Shown here: piece after piece, positions 13,474 through 26,019 of the stretch
Position numbering within the stretch: position 1 is the first letter of the stretch
Layout of the letters: every line of letters begins with the position of its first letter
Assembly: GCF_001194135.2 (NCBI RefSeq)
Contig: NC_068990.1
Coordinates: forward strand, 21,751,605 to 21,812,468
Length of the DNA stretch: 60,864 nucleotides
Direction: 5' to 3'
Origin: Octopus bimaculoides
Lineage: Eukaryota
Made by a program: the position numbers and the translations under genes
The notes under the pieces: generated by a model
Told to the model about the DNA's origin: nothing
What the model saw: the letters and a program-made list of their open reading frames with translations, nothing else
Database searches by the model: none

Positions 13474-14345
13474 GCTGTTTTACTTCTGAGAGCTCTCACT
13501 CTTATTTGCTCTGGCAGATTCTGTGAGAGCAGACAGCAGGTCAGTTGTACCGTGAAATTAACAAATTAAAACACCAGGAAGCACCATAGAGGTTGCACAT
13601 CAAACGTTACCTAAAAAAAAGTAGACGGGAAGCCAGACCATCGCTGCTCAGAATCCGGCTCAGTGAAAATGTATATATATACCACGCAAGTGCAAAGAAT
13701 CTCTGCAGAATGTGTGGGGAGAGGGTCGAAAGTGTGACTCACATTGTTAGTGCTTGTGAAAGTCTTGTGCAGAAAGTCTCACAGGGTCCATTTCTGCATA
13801 TCATAAGCTTTGATACTTGACTATTAATTATAGTGGGAAGCATTCAATATCCAAGTACTAATCTCAAAATCCTAGCTGTCCCCAGCATAGCAGTTTTTTG
13901 GGCTTGCTCTGCTCTCATGTCAATTCCGATCTCTTTTACATATTTCTGGAATTTGGTTGTTAATGCTCCGAGTGCCCCTGCAACTACTGAAATGACCGAC
14001 ACTCTCCTTATAGTCCATATTATTGCAATTTTGTCTTTTAGCAGTCTGTACTTTTCAATCTTTTCTAGTACTTTGTCATTTCTATGGGCATGCCCAGACA
14101 TTGCAATATCTATAATCTTGGATTCCTTTTCCCCTTTATCTACCACAATATGTAGTCTGCGCCCCTCGATTAGGGAGTAAAATCCAACAGTATTTTGTTC
14201 TTTGTTCTCGGTGGTAACGCCTTCTTATTCATGTTGGTACCATTTTCGAGCTCCGTTCAGGCCGTACTTTTCAGTGGACGAACTTAACCATGTTATCGAG
14301 CCTCTTTTTGTAGGCCATTTGGGCCAGCTTACTACACTCACTCAC
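13473..14345 (-). mobile_element. R4/Dong-clade 3' relic (copy C), bounded by (TAA)n, 3'UTR interrupted by a 240-bp inverted insert
   Basis: ORF 13844-14146 reads KIIDIA..KIEKYRLL..VVAGALG..MLGTARILRLVLGY*, with upstream frameshifted knuckle and RHD-region pieces. TAA arrays lie at ~13430-13472 and ~14350-14398. Confidence 0.85.
13538..13777 (+). repeat. Exact 240-bp inverted copy of 12818-13057
   Basis: Appears base-for-base identical to the reverse complement by eye; the ORF track gives the same peptide (MHIKRYLKKSRREARPSLL...) on both strands. Confidence 0.95.
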
Positions 14346-14349
14346 AATA

Positions 14350-14412
<63 letters not shown>

Positions 14413-14852
14413 TTTCATCTACATATGTTACATTTATTCGTCATAATCTCTAACACAAGACGAGGAAGTTGAATTCTTTGAGTGCAACTGAAAGTCTACA
14501 ATACATATAAGAATACATCTTTAATGATTCTGTTGGAATATTTCTTTAAAAATAACAATGGACTTATAGAAAAAAATGTTAATGGCGACCTCTGCGCATT
14601 CACTTTCTCTTCCGTGACTTCTAATGTATTTGAGCAAAAGGAAAAATCAAAAGAAGAAAGAAGAAGAAAGAAGAAGAAGAAGAAGAAGAAGAAGAAGAAG
14701 AAGAAGAAGAAGAAGAAGAAGAAACAAACAGACAAACAATCATTACAATTTTTTTGGCCGCAAGGGAAAAGATCTGATACTGTTGAATTACTTATTGTTG
14801 ATATGACAATATAAACATGCAAAGTTCCTCCAGGATTACTATGGGGGCAATG

Positions 14853-14908
<56 letters not shown>

Positions 14909-15552
14909 GACAATGATAATAATAGTGATCGCAATGAATATAGCAACGACGATAAATAAACTATAGTCTATAGTAAAATATATGTTAAAAACAATACATA
15001 AACCAATACATAAACATGAAAATAAGCAAAAAAAGACCCAAAACAACAACCAATTCAATGGAAACTGCGTATAAAAGACTACACAATAACGACCAGATAT
15101 TCTTTTAAAAGTTGTGTTTGCAGAACACAAAAATACGAAATTAAGCCAATCATTGATATAAAATATTTTCAGGCAGATTTGCGTTTCCTGTAATCTTTAG
15201 CCGATATAGGAGCGTATTTGTCTCATGATATGGGTTTATCAAATATCGATAGGTCAGCTATTATGTTGATAACGTTATAGCAGTTGATATGTTTTACTGT
15301 AAAGATAATGCGTTCAGTTTATCAAGACTTTGAACTTCATATGCTAAACATGGATAATGTATATCTTAGGCGTTCTTATGTACATACATGCATACATACG
15401 TACATACACACCTGCATATGTACAGGCATACGTACGTACGTTGTATAAATGCAGACACCTTACATTTCTATTGTAACCTAAAGGATGGCGTCGGACGAGA
15501 AAATCTGAACTTCGGCGGATTGAGGCATGAGTCATCAGCTCCCTGTATATAC

Positions 15553-15587
<35 letters not shown>

Positions 15588-15987
15588 NNNNNNNNNNNNN
15601 NNNNNNNNNNNNNNNNNNNNNNNNNNNNNNNNNNNNNNNNNNNNNNNNNNNNNNNNNNNNNNNNNNNNNNNNNNNNNNNNNNNNNNNNNNNNNNNNNNNN
15701 NNNNNNNNNNNNNNNNNNNNNNNNNNNNNNNNNNNNNNNNNNNNNNNNNNNNNNNNNNNNNNNNNNNNNNNNNNNNNNNNNNNNNNNNNNNNNNNNNNNN
15801 NNNNNNNNNNNNNNNNNNNNNNNNNNNNNNNNNNNNNNNNNNNNNNNNNNNNNNNNNNNNNNNNNNNNNNNNNNNNNNNNNNNNNNNNNNNNNNNNNNNN
15901 NNNNNNNNNNNNNNNNNNNNNTATGTATGTATGTATGTATGTATGTATGTATGTATGTATGTATGTATGTATGGATGGATGGATGTT

Positions 15988-16025
<38 letters not shown>

Positions 16026-16120
16026 GTAGTATATTGCCACTTAAGTGTGGCTGACCCCTAGGGGTGGATGTTACTGTTGCTTTTAGCCCCAGGAGGGGCT
16101 ATATATACATAAATATATAA

Positions 16121-16156
<36 letters not shown>

Positions 16157-16262
16157 GCGCAGGCGTGGCTTCTCAACCATATGGTTCCGGTTTCAGTACC
16201 ACTGCGTGGCGTGGCACCTGGAGTAAGTGTCTTCTATTATAACCTCGGACCGACTAAAGCCG
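16157..16262 (+). mobile_element. SINE type 3 head (partial)
   Basis: ggcgcaggcgtggct..ctcaaccatatggttccggtttcagtaccactgcgtggc..aagtgtcttctattataacctcggaccgac. Confidence 0.75.
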
Positions 16263-16595
16263 CAGCCCCCGCGAATTTTGAAGCTGGCTCCTTTGAAGGT
16301 CTAATTAGGCCTGCGGCCACAAACTGAGTAGAGCTAAATAGCATTTCTATAATACGCCTGTAATGAATATATGCACCTGTGGTGTTGATCAGAAGTTAAG
16401 GACGGATGTGAATGAATTCTGTAATGCAATTATTCTATTGTTCGAGTACCAAGTTCAACATCAGTTGTCGGCCAAATTGTCCCAAAGTTCTCATGTGGAG
16501 GAAAACATTTTCTATCTCAATCCCAAAGATGGACCAATAGATTAACTGTACTTAAAGAAAGCATTCTGTTATCAGCGCAGATGACAACTCCTGAG

Positions 16596-16691
16596 TTGAA
16601 CTCAGAACGTAGCGACGGACGAAATGCCGCTACGCATTTTCCGTGGCAGGCTAACAATTTTGCCAACTCGTCGCCTTAATAATAATAATAA
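16596..16691 (-). repeat. Exact inverted copy of the SINE-1 head at 13195-13290
   Basis: 82 non-microsatellite bases are identical to the reverse complement of 13209-13290, including private variants (cctgccacgg). Confidence 0.9.
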
Positions 16692-17054
16692 AATGCGTTT
16701 CACAAAAGTGCGGATAAAGTTGAAATTTTTAGGGATACAGACTGAGCAAATATTGAAAATTTTCAATAAAGTTTTGACGTAAAATATATAAATCAATTTA
16801 TTTTAATATCCTAATTAAGTAATAACCATAAGATTTTGCCCGTTTTTATAATTTGCTCGATTTCATTGATGTAGATATTTAATTTGGAGACTCCTTACAT
16901 AATCCGGTGTTTATGTTTATTTGATGAGCACATATAAACATTAGCATAGTTCTAAGCAATGTCGTTGCAGTGGCTACGACAGCGGTGGAAGGGGCGGCAA
17001 TTTTATTGCTGATAAAGATGAAAGCAAAAAGATAGAGAAGTACGATTTTGTTTT

Positions 17055-17865
17055 CTACTCTAAGCGCAAGGCCCGAAATTTTGGGGAGAGGTGGCCAGTC
17101 GAAGCAAATGGTGCTTAATTTATCGACCCCGAAAAGATGAAAGCCAAAGTCGACTTCGGCGGAATTTGAACTCAGAACGTAAAGACAGACGAAATACCGC
17201 TATGCATTTCGCCCGGCGTGCTAACTTTTCTGCCAGCTCACCGCCTTATATTCTTTTCTAGTCTAGGCATAAGGCCTGAAATTTCTGGGGAGGAGGCCAG
17301 TTGATTAGATCGACCACACTAGGCAACTGGTACTTAATTTATCGACCCGAAAAGGATGAAAGCAAAAGTCGACCTCGGCGGAATTTGAACTTAGAACGTA
17401 ACGGCAGACGAAATACCTATTTCTGTATTACCCACAAGAGGCTAAACATAGAGGGGACAAACAAAGACAGACAAACGGATTAAGTCGATTACATCGACCC
17501 CAGTGCGTAACTGGTACTTAATTTATCGACCCCGAAAGGATGAAAGGCAAAGTCGACCTCGGTGGAATTTGAACTCAGAACGTAACGGCAGACGAAATAC
17601 CGCTAAGCATTTCGCACGGTGTACTAACGTTCCTTTATTTATTGGCCTCAAGGGGCTAAACATAGAGGGGACAAACAAGGACAAACAAACGGATTAAGTC
17701 TATTACATCAACCCCAGTGCGTAACTGGTACTTAATTTATCGACCCCGAAAAGATGAAATGCAAAGTCGACCTCGGCGGAAATTGAACTCAAAACGTAAA
17801 GACAGATGAAATACCGCTAAGCATTTCGCCCGGCGTGCTATCGTTTTTGCCAGCACGTCGCCTTA
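17055..17865 (-). mobile_element. Tandem array of four SINE type 1 copies, two carrying an alternative tail
   Basis: Four ttatcgacccc.gaaa.gatgaaag units. The alternative tail ggctaaacatagaggggacaaacaa.gaca.acaaacggattaagtc occurs at ~17440 and ~17652. Confidence 0.9.
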
Positions 17866-17964
17866 AAGATAGAGAAGCATTGATAAAAATGTAACAGTGT
17901 TCTGAGAAGCGAGAGTGAGGTAAATGAAACCTGCAAGTAAACATTTCGATATGCTGAACCTTGA

Positions 17965-18280
17965 CTAATTTGCAGATAACACGCTACCTCATGGATGGTC
18001 AGTTCGCGACTTCAACATACACTGCTGAAACCATTAAACAATTGGGTTTCGAATTTCTGCAATATCCTGCAAACAATCCAAATCACGCGATTCCCCACTG
18101 TCACCGATTAAGACCGTTCAAATATCGTTTATGAGGCAACGTTTTTTGCTACAGACGTAAGAACGCAGGAAGCGGTGCATAAATGGCTGCGCAACCAGCC
18201 GAAAACCTTCTTCTCCGATGAAATAACCTAGACTGAGAACTTCATCGAAAAGGAAGGAGACTATGTTAAAAAATTATGTA
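17965..18280 (+). pseudogene. Mariner-type transposase C-terminal relic
   Basis: FADNTLPH (cf. LHDNARPH), TAETIKQLGFEFLQYP (cf. LGWEVLPHPPYSPD), QEAVHKWLRNQPKTFFSDEI and FIEKEGDYVKK (cf. CIEKEGDYVEK); contains frameshifts and stops. Confidence 0.8.
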
Positions 18281-18384
18281 ATTGTTGAAATCCTCCTTCT
18301 GTGTAAACAAATAGCAAAAACACACACACGCGCTCACACACAGACACAGACACACGCACACAAACACATGATTCACGGCATATA

Positions 18385-20210
18385 GACTGTCTTTGCGTTC
18401 TGAGTCCAAATGCCACCGAGGTCGACTTAGCCTTTCATTCCTTTCGGAATCGATAAAATAAGTACCAGTTGAGCATTCGGGTCGATATAACTGACTTACA
18501 CCCACCTCCTAATATTCGGTACGAATGTGTCAGTCAATTAAATTAATCATAGTATTTGGCAGATAAGTTTATTTTATTAGCCCAATAGGGCGACAAGATT
18601 CCGGAAGAATATGAATCCAGCAAAATATAATATATGACGCTGGCAGAGCACCACCAAAGCATTTTGTTCGTCAGTGTAACGATTCTATCAATTCATCTGT
18701 CTTGTAAATATTTAATAATGAAATTTTAATGCGGCAGATTATGTACTATCGCAAAATTATAAAAGACACGAAACTCATTTAATACGATCAAATTTAAGCT
18801 AACTTTTTGAAAAGTTATTGAATATTCGACTTATGAATCTTATGCATTATTACATTTATTGCTAAGTCTTTCGATAAGTACTCTGTTATTATTAAAATGT
18901 TAATTTGTATCTAATAACTTCCATGCTTTTATTAAAATCGAATACACTTCTACCCAAGCAATGTCTTATTACTATAGCCAGTATAATATAGTAATTGATT
19001 TTGTTGAGTTGTTACATAAGTCTTATAGATTACGCTGGGGAACATGGTCTTGTTGGGTGGTGTTGGAGACATGTTTCCTAGTAATTCTGGGGTGCTTATT
19101 TCCAAAATGAAATACATTTTGCTCTATCTCAAGGTTTTTCACAAACTCAAATGTTTATTTTTCAACTTTTCCGGTATTGTCACCATTTCGAAGGATAGAT
19201 TTGGCTTCAATCAAATGCGGACCCATGCATGGAGCTTAACATAACTTTGAAAACAGTTTTTCAATAAGATTTAAAGTAAATGTAACTACAAAAGTGAAAG
19301 CAAAAATCACGATTTAAGTATCTTATGCAAGTAAAAGCATCAACATTGACTTACTTTTGTTACATTCAATCTAAAGAGTTTTAAATGTCATAATGATGAC
19401 AGAAATGTCCTTTATAAAATTAGATATTAATAAACAACACATTTCAGTGGTCTTAGACAATTTGCATCTCGTATTTGTGGAATTTGTCTGCAGATATTCC
19501 CACGCTGAGCTTGATTTAGTGTCACTATCATTACAAACAAGTTGAGACATGTTTGTTCAACCTTTAACTATTCCTTTTGAAAATAGGCATCTTGAATGGC
19601 ATTTTCAATGCGCTGTTAATGTTTTAATTGTGAAGTCACAAAACTGAACGTTACCTTTTGTCAAGCATGATCAAAGAAATGTAGAAATTTCATGGCATAA
19701 ATACGTTTTATTCATCTTTACCATCACAAATCTGTATTTCCTTAATTTATAACTGTTACCAGTCTTGAAAATGCTTTTCTCAGGTGATAACTGGCTTGAA
19801 AATGTGTTTTGTATTTCAGAAATTCGGCCAGTTGGGAGAGAAGAAATTGCAAAATAGCCCCGATCAGGCACCAAAGCTAAAAGCACCGAAGCTAAAAGCA
19901 CCGAAGCTAAAAGCACCAAATATCTCTTCAACAACTCAACGTGATCAACGAACGGAACGCATGATCTTAAACATTGACACTGTTAATGTCTTTATCTTAA
20001 GGCAACGAGCTGGCAGAAATGTTACCACGCCGGGCGAAATACTTAGCGGTATTTCGTCTGTGTTTGCGCTCTGAGTTCCAATTATGCCGAGGTTGACTTT
20101 GCCTTTCATCCTTTTGGGGTTGATAAATTAAGTACCAGTTGCATACTGGGATCGATCGATCCGACTGGTTCTCTCCCACCAAATTTCGGGCTTTGTTCCT
20201 ACAGTAGAAA
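18385..20210 (+). mobile_element. Two plus-strand SINE type 1 copies (~18385-18510 partial; ~19996-20210 near full length)
   Basis: aaggcaacgagctggcagaaatgttaccacgccgggcgaaatacttagcgg..gactttgcctttcatcc. Confidence 0.8.
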
Positions 20211-20219
20211 AGAATGTCT

Positions 20220-20430
20220 TTTATCTTTCCTTTTTTTGCTTGCTTCAGTTATTGAGCTGCGGTCATGCTGGAGCACTACCTTGAAGAATTTAATCGAACA
20301 AATCGACTGCAGTAACAGTCTAAATCTGGTACTTATTTCATCGGTCTCTTTTGACGAAGTTTCAAGACGTAAACACACTGTAACCGGTAGTCAATCGGTG
20401 GAGGGAGACTAAAAGAAGCACAGACATTCA

Positions 20431-20513
<83 letters not shown>

Positions 20514-21030
20514 GCACGCACACACACACACATACACACACATACTCACACACACACAATTCACTACCTCTCTCTTTCACACACATACATAGACATACAT
20601 ACATGCAGAAACACACATAAACATACAAACACAAAAGCATTCAAACACACACACACGCACAAACACAAATGCATTCAGACACACACACACACACACGCAC
20701 AAACACAAAGGCATTCACACACACACACACACGCACACAAACACAAAGGCATTCAAACACACGCACAAACACAAAGGCATTCACAAACACACACACACAC
20801 ACAAACACAAAGGCATTCACACACAGACACGCACATGCATGAACACAAAGGCATTCAAACATACAAACACAAACACACACATCGACACAGACACACACAT
20901 ATTTACAATAGACTGCACATAGTTTCCGTCTACTAAATTCACTAATAATGCAGTGGTCGGTACCGGGCCTTTAGTAGAAACACTTCTTCAAGATAGCACG
21001 GAAAGGAACCGAACCCGAGACCACGCGGCT
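20220..21030 (-). mobile_element. SINE type 3 with a greatly expanded (~480 bp) internal CA-rich repeat
   Basis: Second half at ~20220-20420 (gctgcggtcatgctggagcac; atcggtctcttttg), CA array at ~20420-20900, head at ~20915-21030 (gtttccgtctac). Confidence 0.75.
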
Positions 21031-21930
21031 ACAAGCCTAGCTTCTTATATTGATTTTTCCTTTTGTTTAAACACACGTCATCAGTTATTGAGTGTATATA
21101 CCAACCTTAATAGCAATATCTCCACCGCATTTCGTTTCCCGTGTATATCATCCAAGCGTTAAAGATCGCAGGAAATATCCTGAATCGATTGCAGACGGAT
21201 TTGAGCACAGAAAAGTTGTAACACGGATTTTAGTTCGGTGCTCTTGGTCGTCTTCTCCACAATTGCCAATAGATTTCAGTAATCGATGTTATTGCTAAGA
21301 AACCGTTCTTGTTACACAGCTCAGATTAGCTTTTATGATGATGTCAGCAAGAGATATTTATTGATTCACTGTGGTATTGTGGTGATAACATTAACAAAAG
21401 GACCGCATTGTTAAGACTTCTTGTAAGGCATGATACTAGGAAAATAATAGAAACATGCTCAATATAGCACAGTTCTGAAAAACTACGTTTGCTTTCTTTT
21501 AAAATTACTATTTGTTCGCAATATTGTCGTTGCTTGCTGTTGTCCAATGCAACAATGAAGGGTTAATACTTGCGACGTGCGTATGACAAGCGGACTTTTG
21601 TAACGTTCTGCCTTTGTTGCAAATGCTCCGGTTTTGCTGATGTCCACAACCTTTTGTACACACATAAAGTTATGCATTCATATCTTATATCGTTTATCCT
21701 TTACTTGTTTCAGTCAGTAGACAGCGGCCATGCTGGAGTAACGCAATCATGAATTTTAGTCGAACGAATAGCCTACGGTGGGTTTTTTTTTCCTTTTTTA
21801 TAAAATCTGGTACCTATTCAATCCGTTTCTTTTTGCCGAACCGCTAATATACGGATTCGTAAACACCCTAACACCGGTTTCCAAGCGGTGTTGGGGGAAA
21901 TACACACACACACACACACACACATACACA

Positions 21931-21962
<32 letters not shown>

Positions 21963-22499
21963 TACTCACAGTCACAATCACACTCACACCCACACATATA
22001 TATTCGGGCGTATCAGAGCCAAACAGTGTTTAGGCATAAGGGAATTTTAGTTTAGTTTGTAACTTTTTTGTAACATATTTTTGTAACATGCTGGTAATAA
22101 ATGTTTGTAACATATTCAAATTCTAAAGGCTTTAAATCTATCCAGAATTTCCTCTCTCCGGCATTTCCCATTGATTTCGTCTAAAGAGCTAGAAACGCTG
22201 CATTTGGTAATCCGACAGTGGGCAACACTGGGCTGATACGGTGTTCGTTTCACATCATAAAAGTGATATTTTTCTCCACAGTAACTGCAGTGAATTTGTC
22301 CTGAGAGGTTAAAATATGTAACAAAATTATTTAAAACTAATTTAAAGTTCATATTCATCGATATGCGCACATGCAAATGCGGCTTCTTTCACACCCCGTC
22401 AGCAAATTCACTCACATGACTTTGGTCTGTAATATATCACACTCAGTTTGCAATATTTATTTCTCAATCAATTTTTACGTGGATACAATAAATAACATA

Positions 22500-22670
22500 G
22501 CTAACTGGCACTCCGTCTGTTGCGAAGACGAGTGTACTAGTTGATTCGATCTATGAAACAACCTGCTCGTGAAACTAACGTGCAGGTGGCTGAGCACTCC
22601 ACAGACACGTGTAACCTTAACGCTGTTTTCAAAGAGATTCAAAGTGACATAGAACGGGATAAGGCTGGCT
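22500..22670 (-). mobile_element. 3' tail of SINE type 2/4
   Basis: actggcactccgtc..cctgctcgtgaaactaacgtgcaggtggctgagcactccacagacacgtgt is the reverse complement of the tail at 31250-31378. Confidence 0.8.
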
Positions 22671-23617
22671 CTTTGACATACAGGTACTACTCATTTATGC
22701 CAGCCAATAGAACGAGAGCAATATAAAATAAAGCACTGCCACTATTGAACTCACGACACTACGATCGTGTGATGAAAACCCTACCTATTTATCCACGTGC
22801 CTTCACGTATATGTGGTATGTATATCATACATATGCATATCATAGCTTTGATAACCTCTCATAGTTTATCACAGAATTGTCCACTGCAAGTCGAAAACAC
22901 TTGCGTATAATAGGACCTGTCTATTTCCTTTCAACAGTTGATCAGTTGTATTATTGGACCATAACATTGTATTATAGACAGTTAACATAAAAAAGCAGAT
23001 GTCCCCAAAATAGAGTGGTTAATTTTATAACATTTAACAGAGAATTAAAGGACAAAAACAAGGGCTATCATATCTGAAGCGATAGATTATTGAGATGAAA
23101 ATAAATAGTGAAAATAATGTTCTAACACACTACACTAGTCTTAGTATAACGCTAAGGGTTAAAACAACAGAAATTACAACGATTAACGGTAATTTATGTA
23201 AAACACGTATAGGTAGGAAGTCTTTGTCATCCATTGTATTTATGCTGGTTTTCCTACGGTTAGTCCAGATGAAGCATGGCTATGTACATACATACCCTCT
23301 GCATGTATATTCGTTAATTCACACATATGTACGTGTGTATAAGCATACATACATATACAAACACGTGTGTGCAAATCTATCCATCAATATGTATATATAT
23401 ACACACACACACACAAATATATATATATATAGATAGTTATTGATATATATATATGTGTGTGTGTGCGTTCGTGTGTACACACACACACAATCACACACGT
23501 GTGTATATAAGTATATCTATACGTGTATGCATATATGTGTAGATTTCATTATAACTTTGTGTGTATATACATGCATACATTCAATTATACGAATGCATAT
23601 ACACACATATGTATATA

Positions 23618-23653
<36 letters not shown>

Positions 23654-23915
23654 TGTATGTATGTAGCGTTAACAAGAAAGAGAAAGGAGAGAAAGAGAAA
23701 GGAGAGAAAGAGAAAGGCAACTGACTTCACACACGTGCAGACACGTGAATGTTGTTTTGTGTGGTACAATTACGACAAAAGGTAATTAAGTCACCTTTTA
23801 TTGGATGCTGTAACTCTTTCAATCAAATGCACAAAATAAGGTGACAGGGGAAAAATCCAAAAGGACAGGTGTTCGCTTTACTTTGCCATACACTTGGCTG
23901 CTGCTGCTACCGCTG

Positions 23916-23974
<59 letters not shown>

Positions 23975-24827
23975 GTTGCTACTTGTTCTTGTTTCAATCA
24001 TTTTAGGTAAGTATACAACATTTCACATTTGCACACACACACACACACACACACATGCACACACACACGCACACACACACACACACGCACACACACACAC
24101 ACACACACGCACACACATACATAGGTATGTATATATGTATATATGTACGTATGCATGTCCTGGGTATGACCTTAAAGCGTATCAATAATGTACTCTTGTA
24201 TGGGAGTTCCAAGGGATTTGGGGGTGGGGGTAGAATCACGTCTTAGCCAATATTGTTCTCAGTTCTTAATTGGTCCCGAATAGCAGCACGTGTTAGGGTA
24301 CCAGAAATGGGTTAATTAGCATAAAAATTACTGTGAGTGTAGGACCCCTAGTTCTTGTTAGAACTTCATTCTAGAAGAAAAGTGGGTTTAGAACTGGGTA
24401 AAACTTTATCCACTCAAAACAAATCCGCACACAGGAAATTCTTAGACCTTTCAAACATTTTACATCGACCGACTGAATTTTTGAAGTGGTCTTACTCACT
24501 CATAAATTGACTTTCACTAAATGCGTATGTATGTATGTATGTATGTATGTATGTATGTATGTATGTATGTGTGTGTGTATGTATGTATGTATGTATGTAT
24601 GTATGTATGCATGTGTGTATGTATGTATGCATGCATGTATATCATTCTTCAGTTTTATATCAAGTTTTCTTGGTAATAGAGAAAAAGCCGGTCCCTAACC
24701 TTAATCCAAGGCTCCTTCATTGGAATTTCGACATCAACATGGTATTTTTGTATGTATGTATGTATGTATGCATGTACGTACGTATTTATGTATGTATCTA
24801 TGAATGTACGTATGTATGTATGTATAT

Positions 24828-25058
24828 GAGCAGATTTGTATGTTTTATTTTATGTATGTCGTCTGATGCACAGACTTGCATATTTAGACATGCTTATATA
24901 TACTTAAATGATAAGCTTCTGGAAAGTTTTACAGATTTTTTACTGTTTCAGTGACGACTTGAATCTGTAGTCTTCTAATCAGCTTTCTCTTTTCTGGTTT
25001 GAAAAGCCTAATTTCTCCAGATTGGTATTTAGGCAGTGTGTTACATATCCTAATGCCT
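24828..25058 (-). mobile_element. R4/Dong-like RLE retroposon extreme 3' end (copy D), ending in (CATA)n
   Basis: ALGYVTHCLNTNLEKLGFS / EKRKLIRRLQIQ / KICKTFQKLII* (stop 24904-24906). A short 3'UTR runs straight into catacatacata and the TATG-rich array at ~24525-24826. Confidence 0.7.
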
Positions 25059-25338
25059 GAGATGCATCAGGTGAACAAAGAATACTTTTAAAATTAGATT
25101 TAAAACTGCACAACTGTTCATTTACTTTCAAACATTCGTGTAAGGCCGTGCGCCTTTTAAAATATTTTGATAATTTATTATGAGTGCCTGTCAAGTTGTA
25201 TATTGGGGAAATTTAAAGTAACAACAAAAGCAATATCTGTATGCATATAATTATACTCTGCATTATGTATCGAGTTCTTCAACGCATGTTCCTTATAAAT
25301 AAAGCAATACAGGTATCAATTGGCATACGTACATACAT

Positions 25339-25500
25339 ACGACGGGCTTCTTTCAGTTTCTGCCTACCAAATCCACTCACAGGTCTTTGGTGGGGCCGAG
25401 GCTAGAGTAGAAAACACTTGACCAAGGTGTCGTGCGGTAGGACTGAACCCTGAAGCATGTGGTTGGGGACCAAGTTTCTTACCACACAGCCATGCCTACG
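25339..25500 (-). mobile_element. SINE type 3 head
   Basis: tacgacgggcttctttcagtttc..ctaccaaatccactcac..accacacagccatgcct. Confidence 0.8.
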
Positions 25501-25509
25501 CTTATTTGT

Positions 25510-25547
<38 letters not shown>

Positions 25548-25671
25548 ATATTACGGATTGGACTGTAATCATGTGTACGAACTATAGCCACAAATATGTC
25601 ATTTGTGGCGACGCACTAGCGTTGCATTAAAATATCTATAAATTCCATTTGAATTATTTTCATTATTATCA

Positions 25672-25717
<46 letters not shown>

Positions 25718-25723
25718 ATATGT

Positions 25724-25757
<34 letters not shown>

Positions 25758-26019
25758 ATGTATGTGTATGTACAATTGTTTTCATGCGAAATTGTAAGAC
25801 AAACAATATATTAATAAACTTACGAATGACCCAATGTTCTTTTGTAAAGTTATAAAGAACATTGTTACTCATGAGCGATAGCATTGTTAGTGGCTGCAAG
25901 CTTAAAATCGTATAGGTAAAGTTAATATATATATATAAAAGAATTATATATAACAAGGGTGCTATGACGCACCAGCTTTCCTACAAATAGGAGTCAAAAA
26001 TACTCCGAAGGCACAATAA

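Noticed and set aside
19868-19920. 15-bp tandem repeat (gcacc(g/a)aagctaaaa x3.5) in ORF 19784-20074
   Set aside because: A short local repeat; the ORF runs into a SINE and shows no coding signal.
20625-20860. Repeat-spacer pattern resembling a CRISPR array
   Set aside because: The spacers are plain (CA)n, the host is eukaryotic, and no cas genes are present.
21100-22400. Possible Helitron or hAT coding relics
   Set aside because: No diagnostic motif could be read with confidence.
23841-24012. Signal-peptide-like poly-Leu exon ending at AG|gtaagt
   Set aside because: The hydrophobic run is a (CTA)n microsatellite, with no in-frame ATG and no good acceptor.
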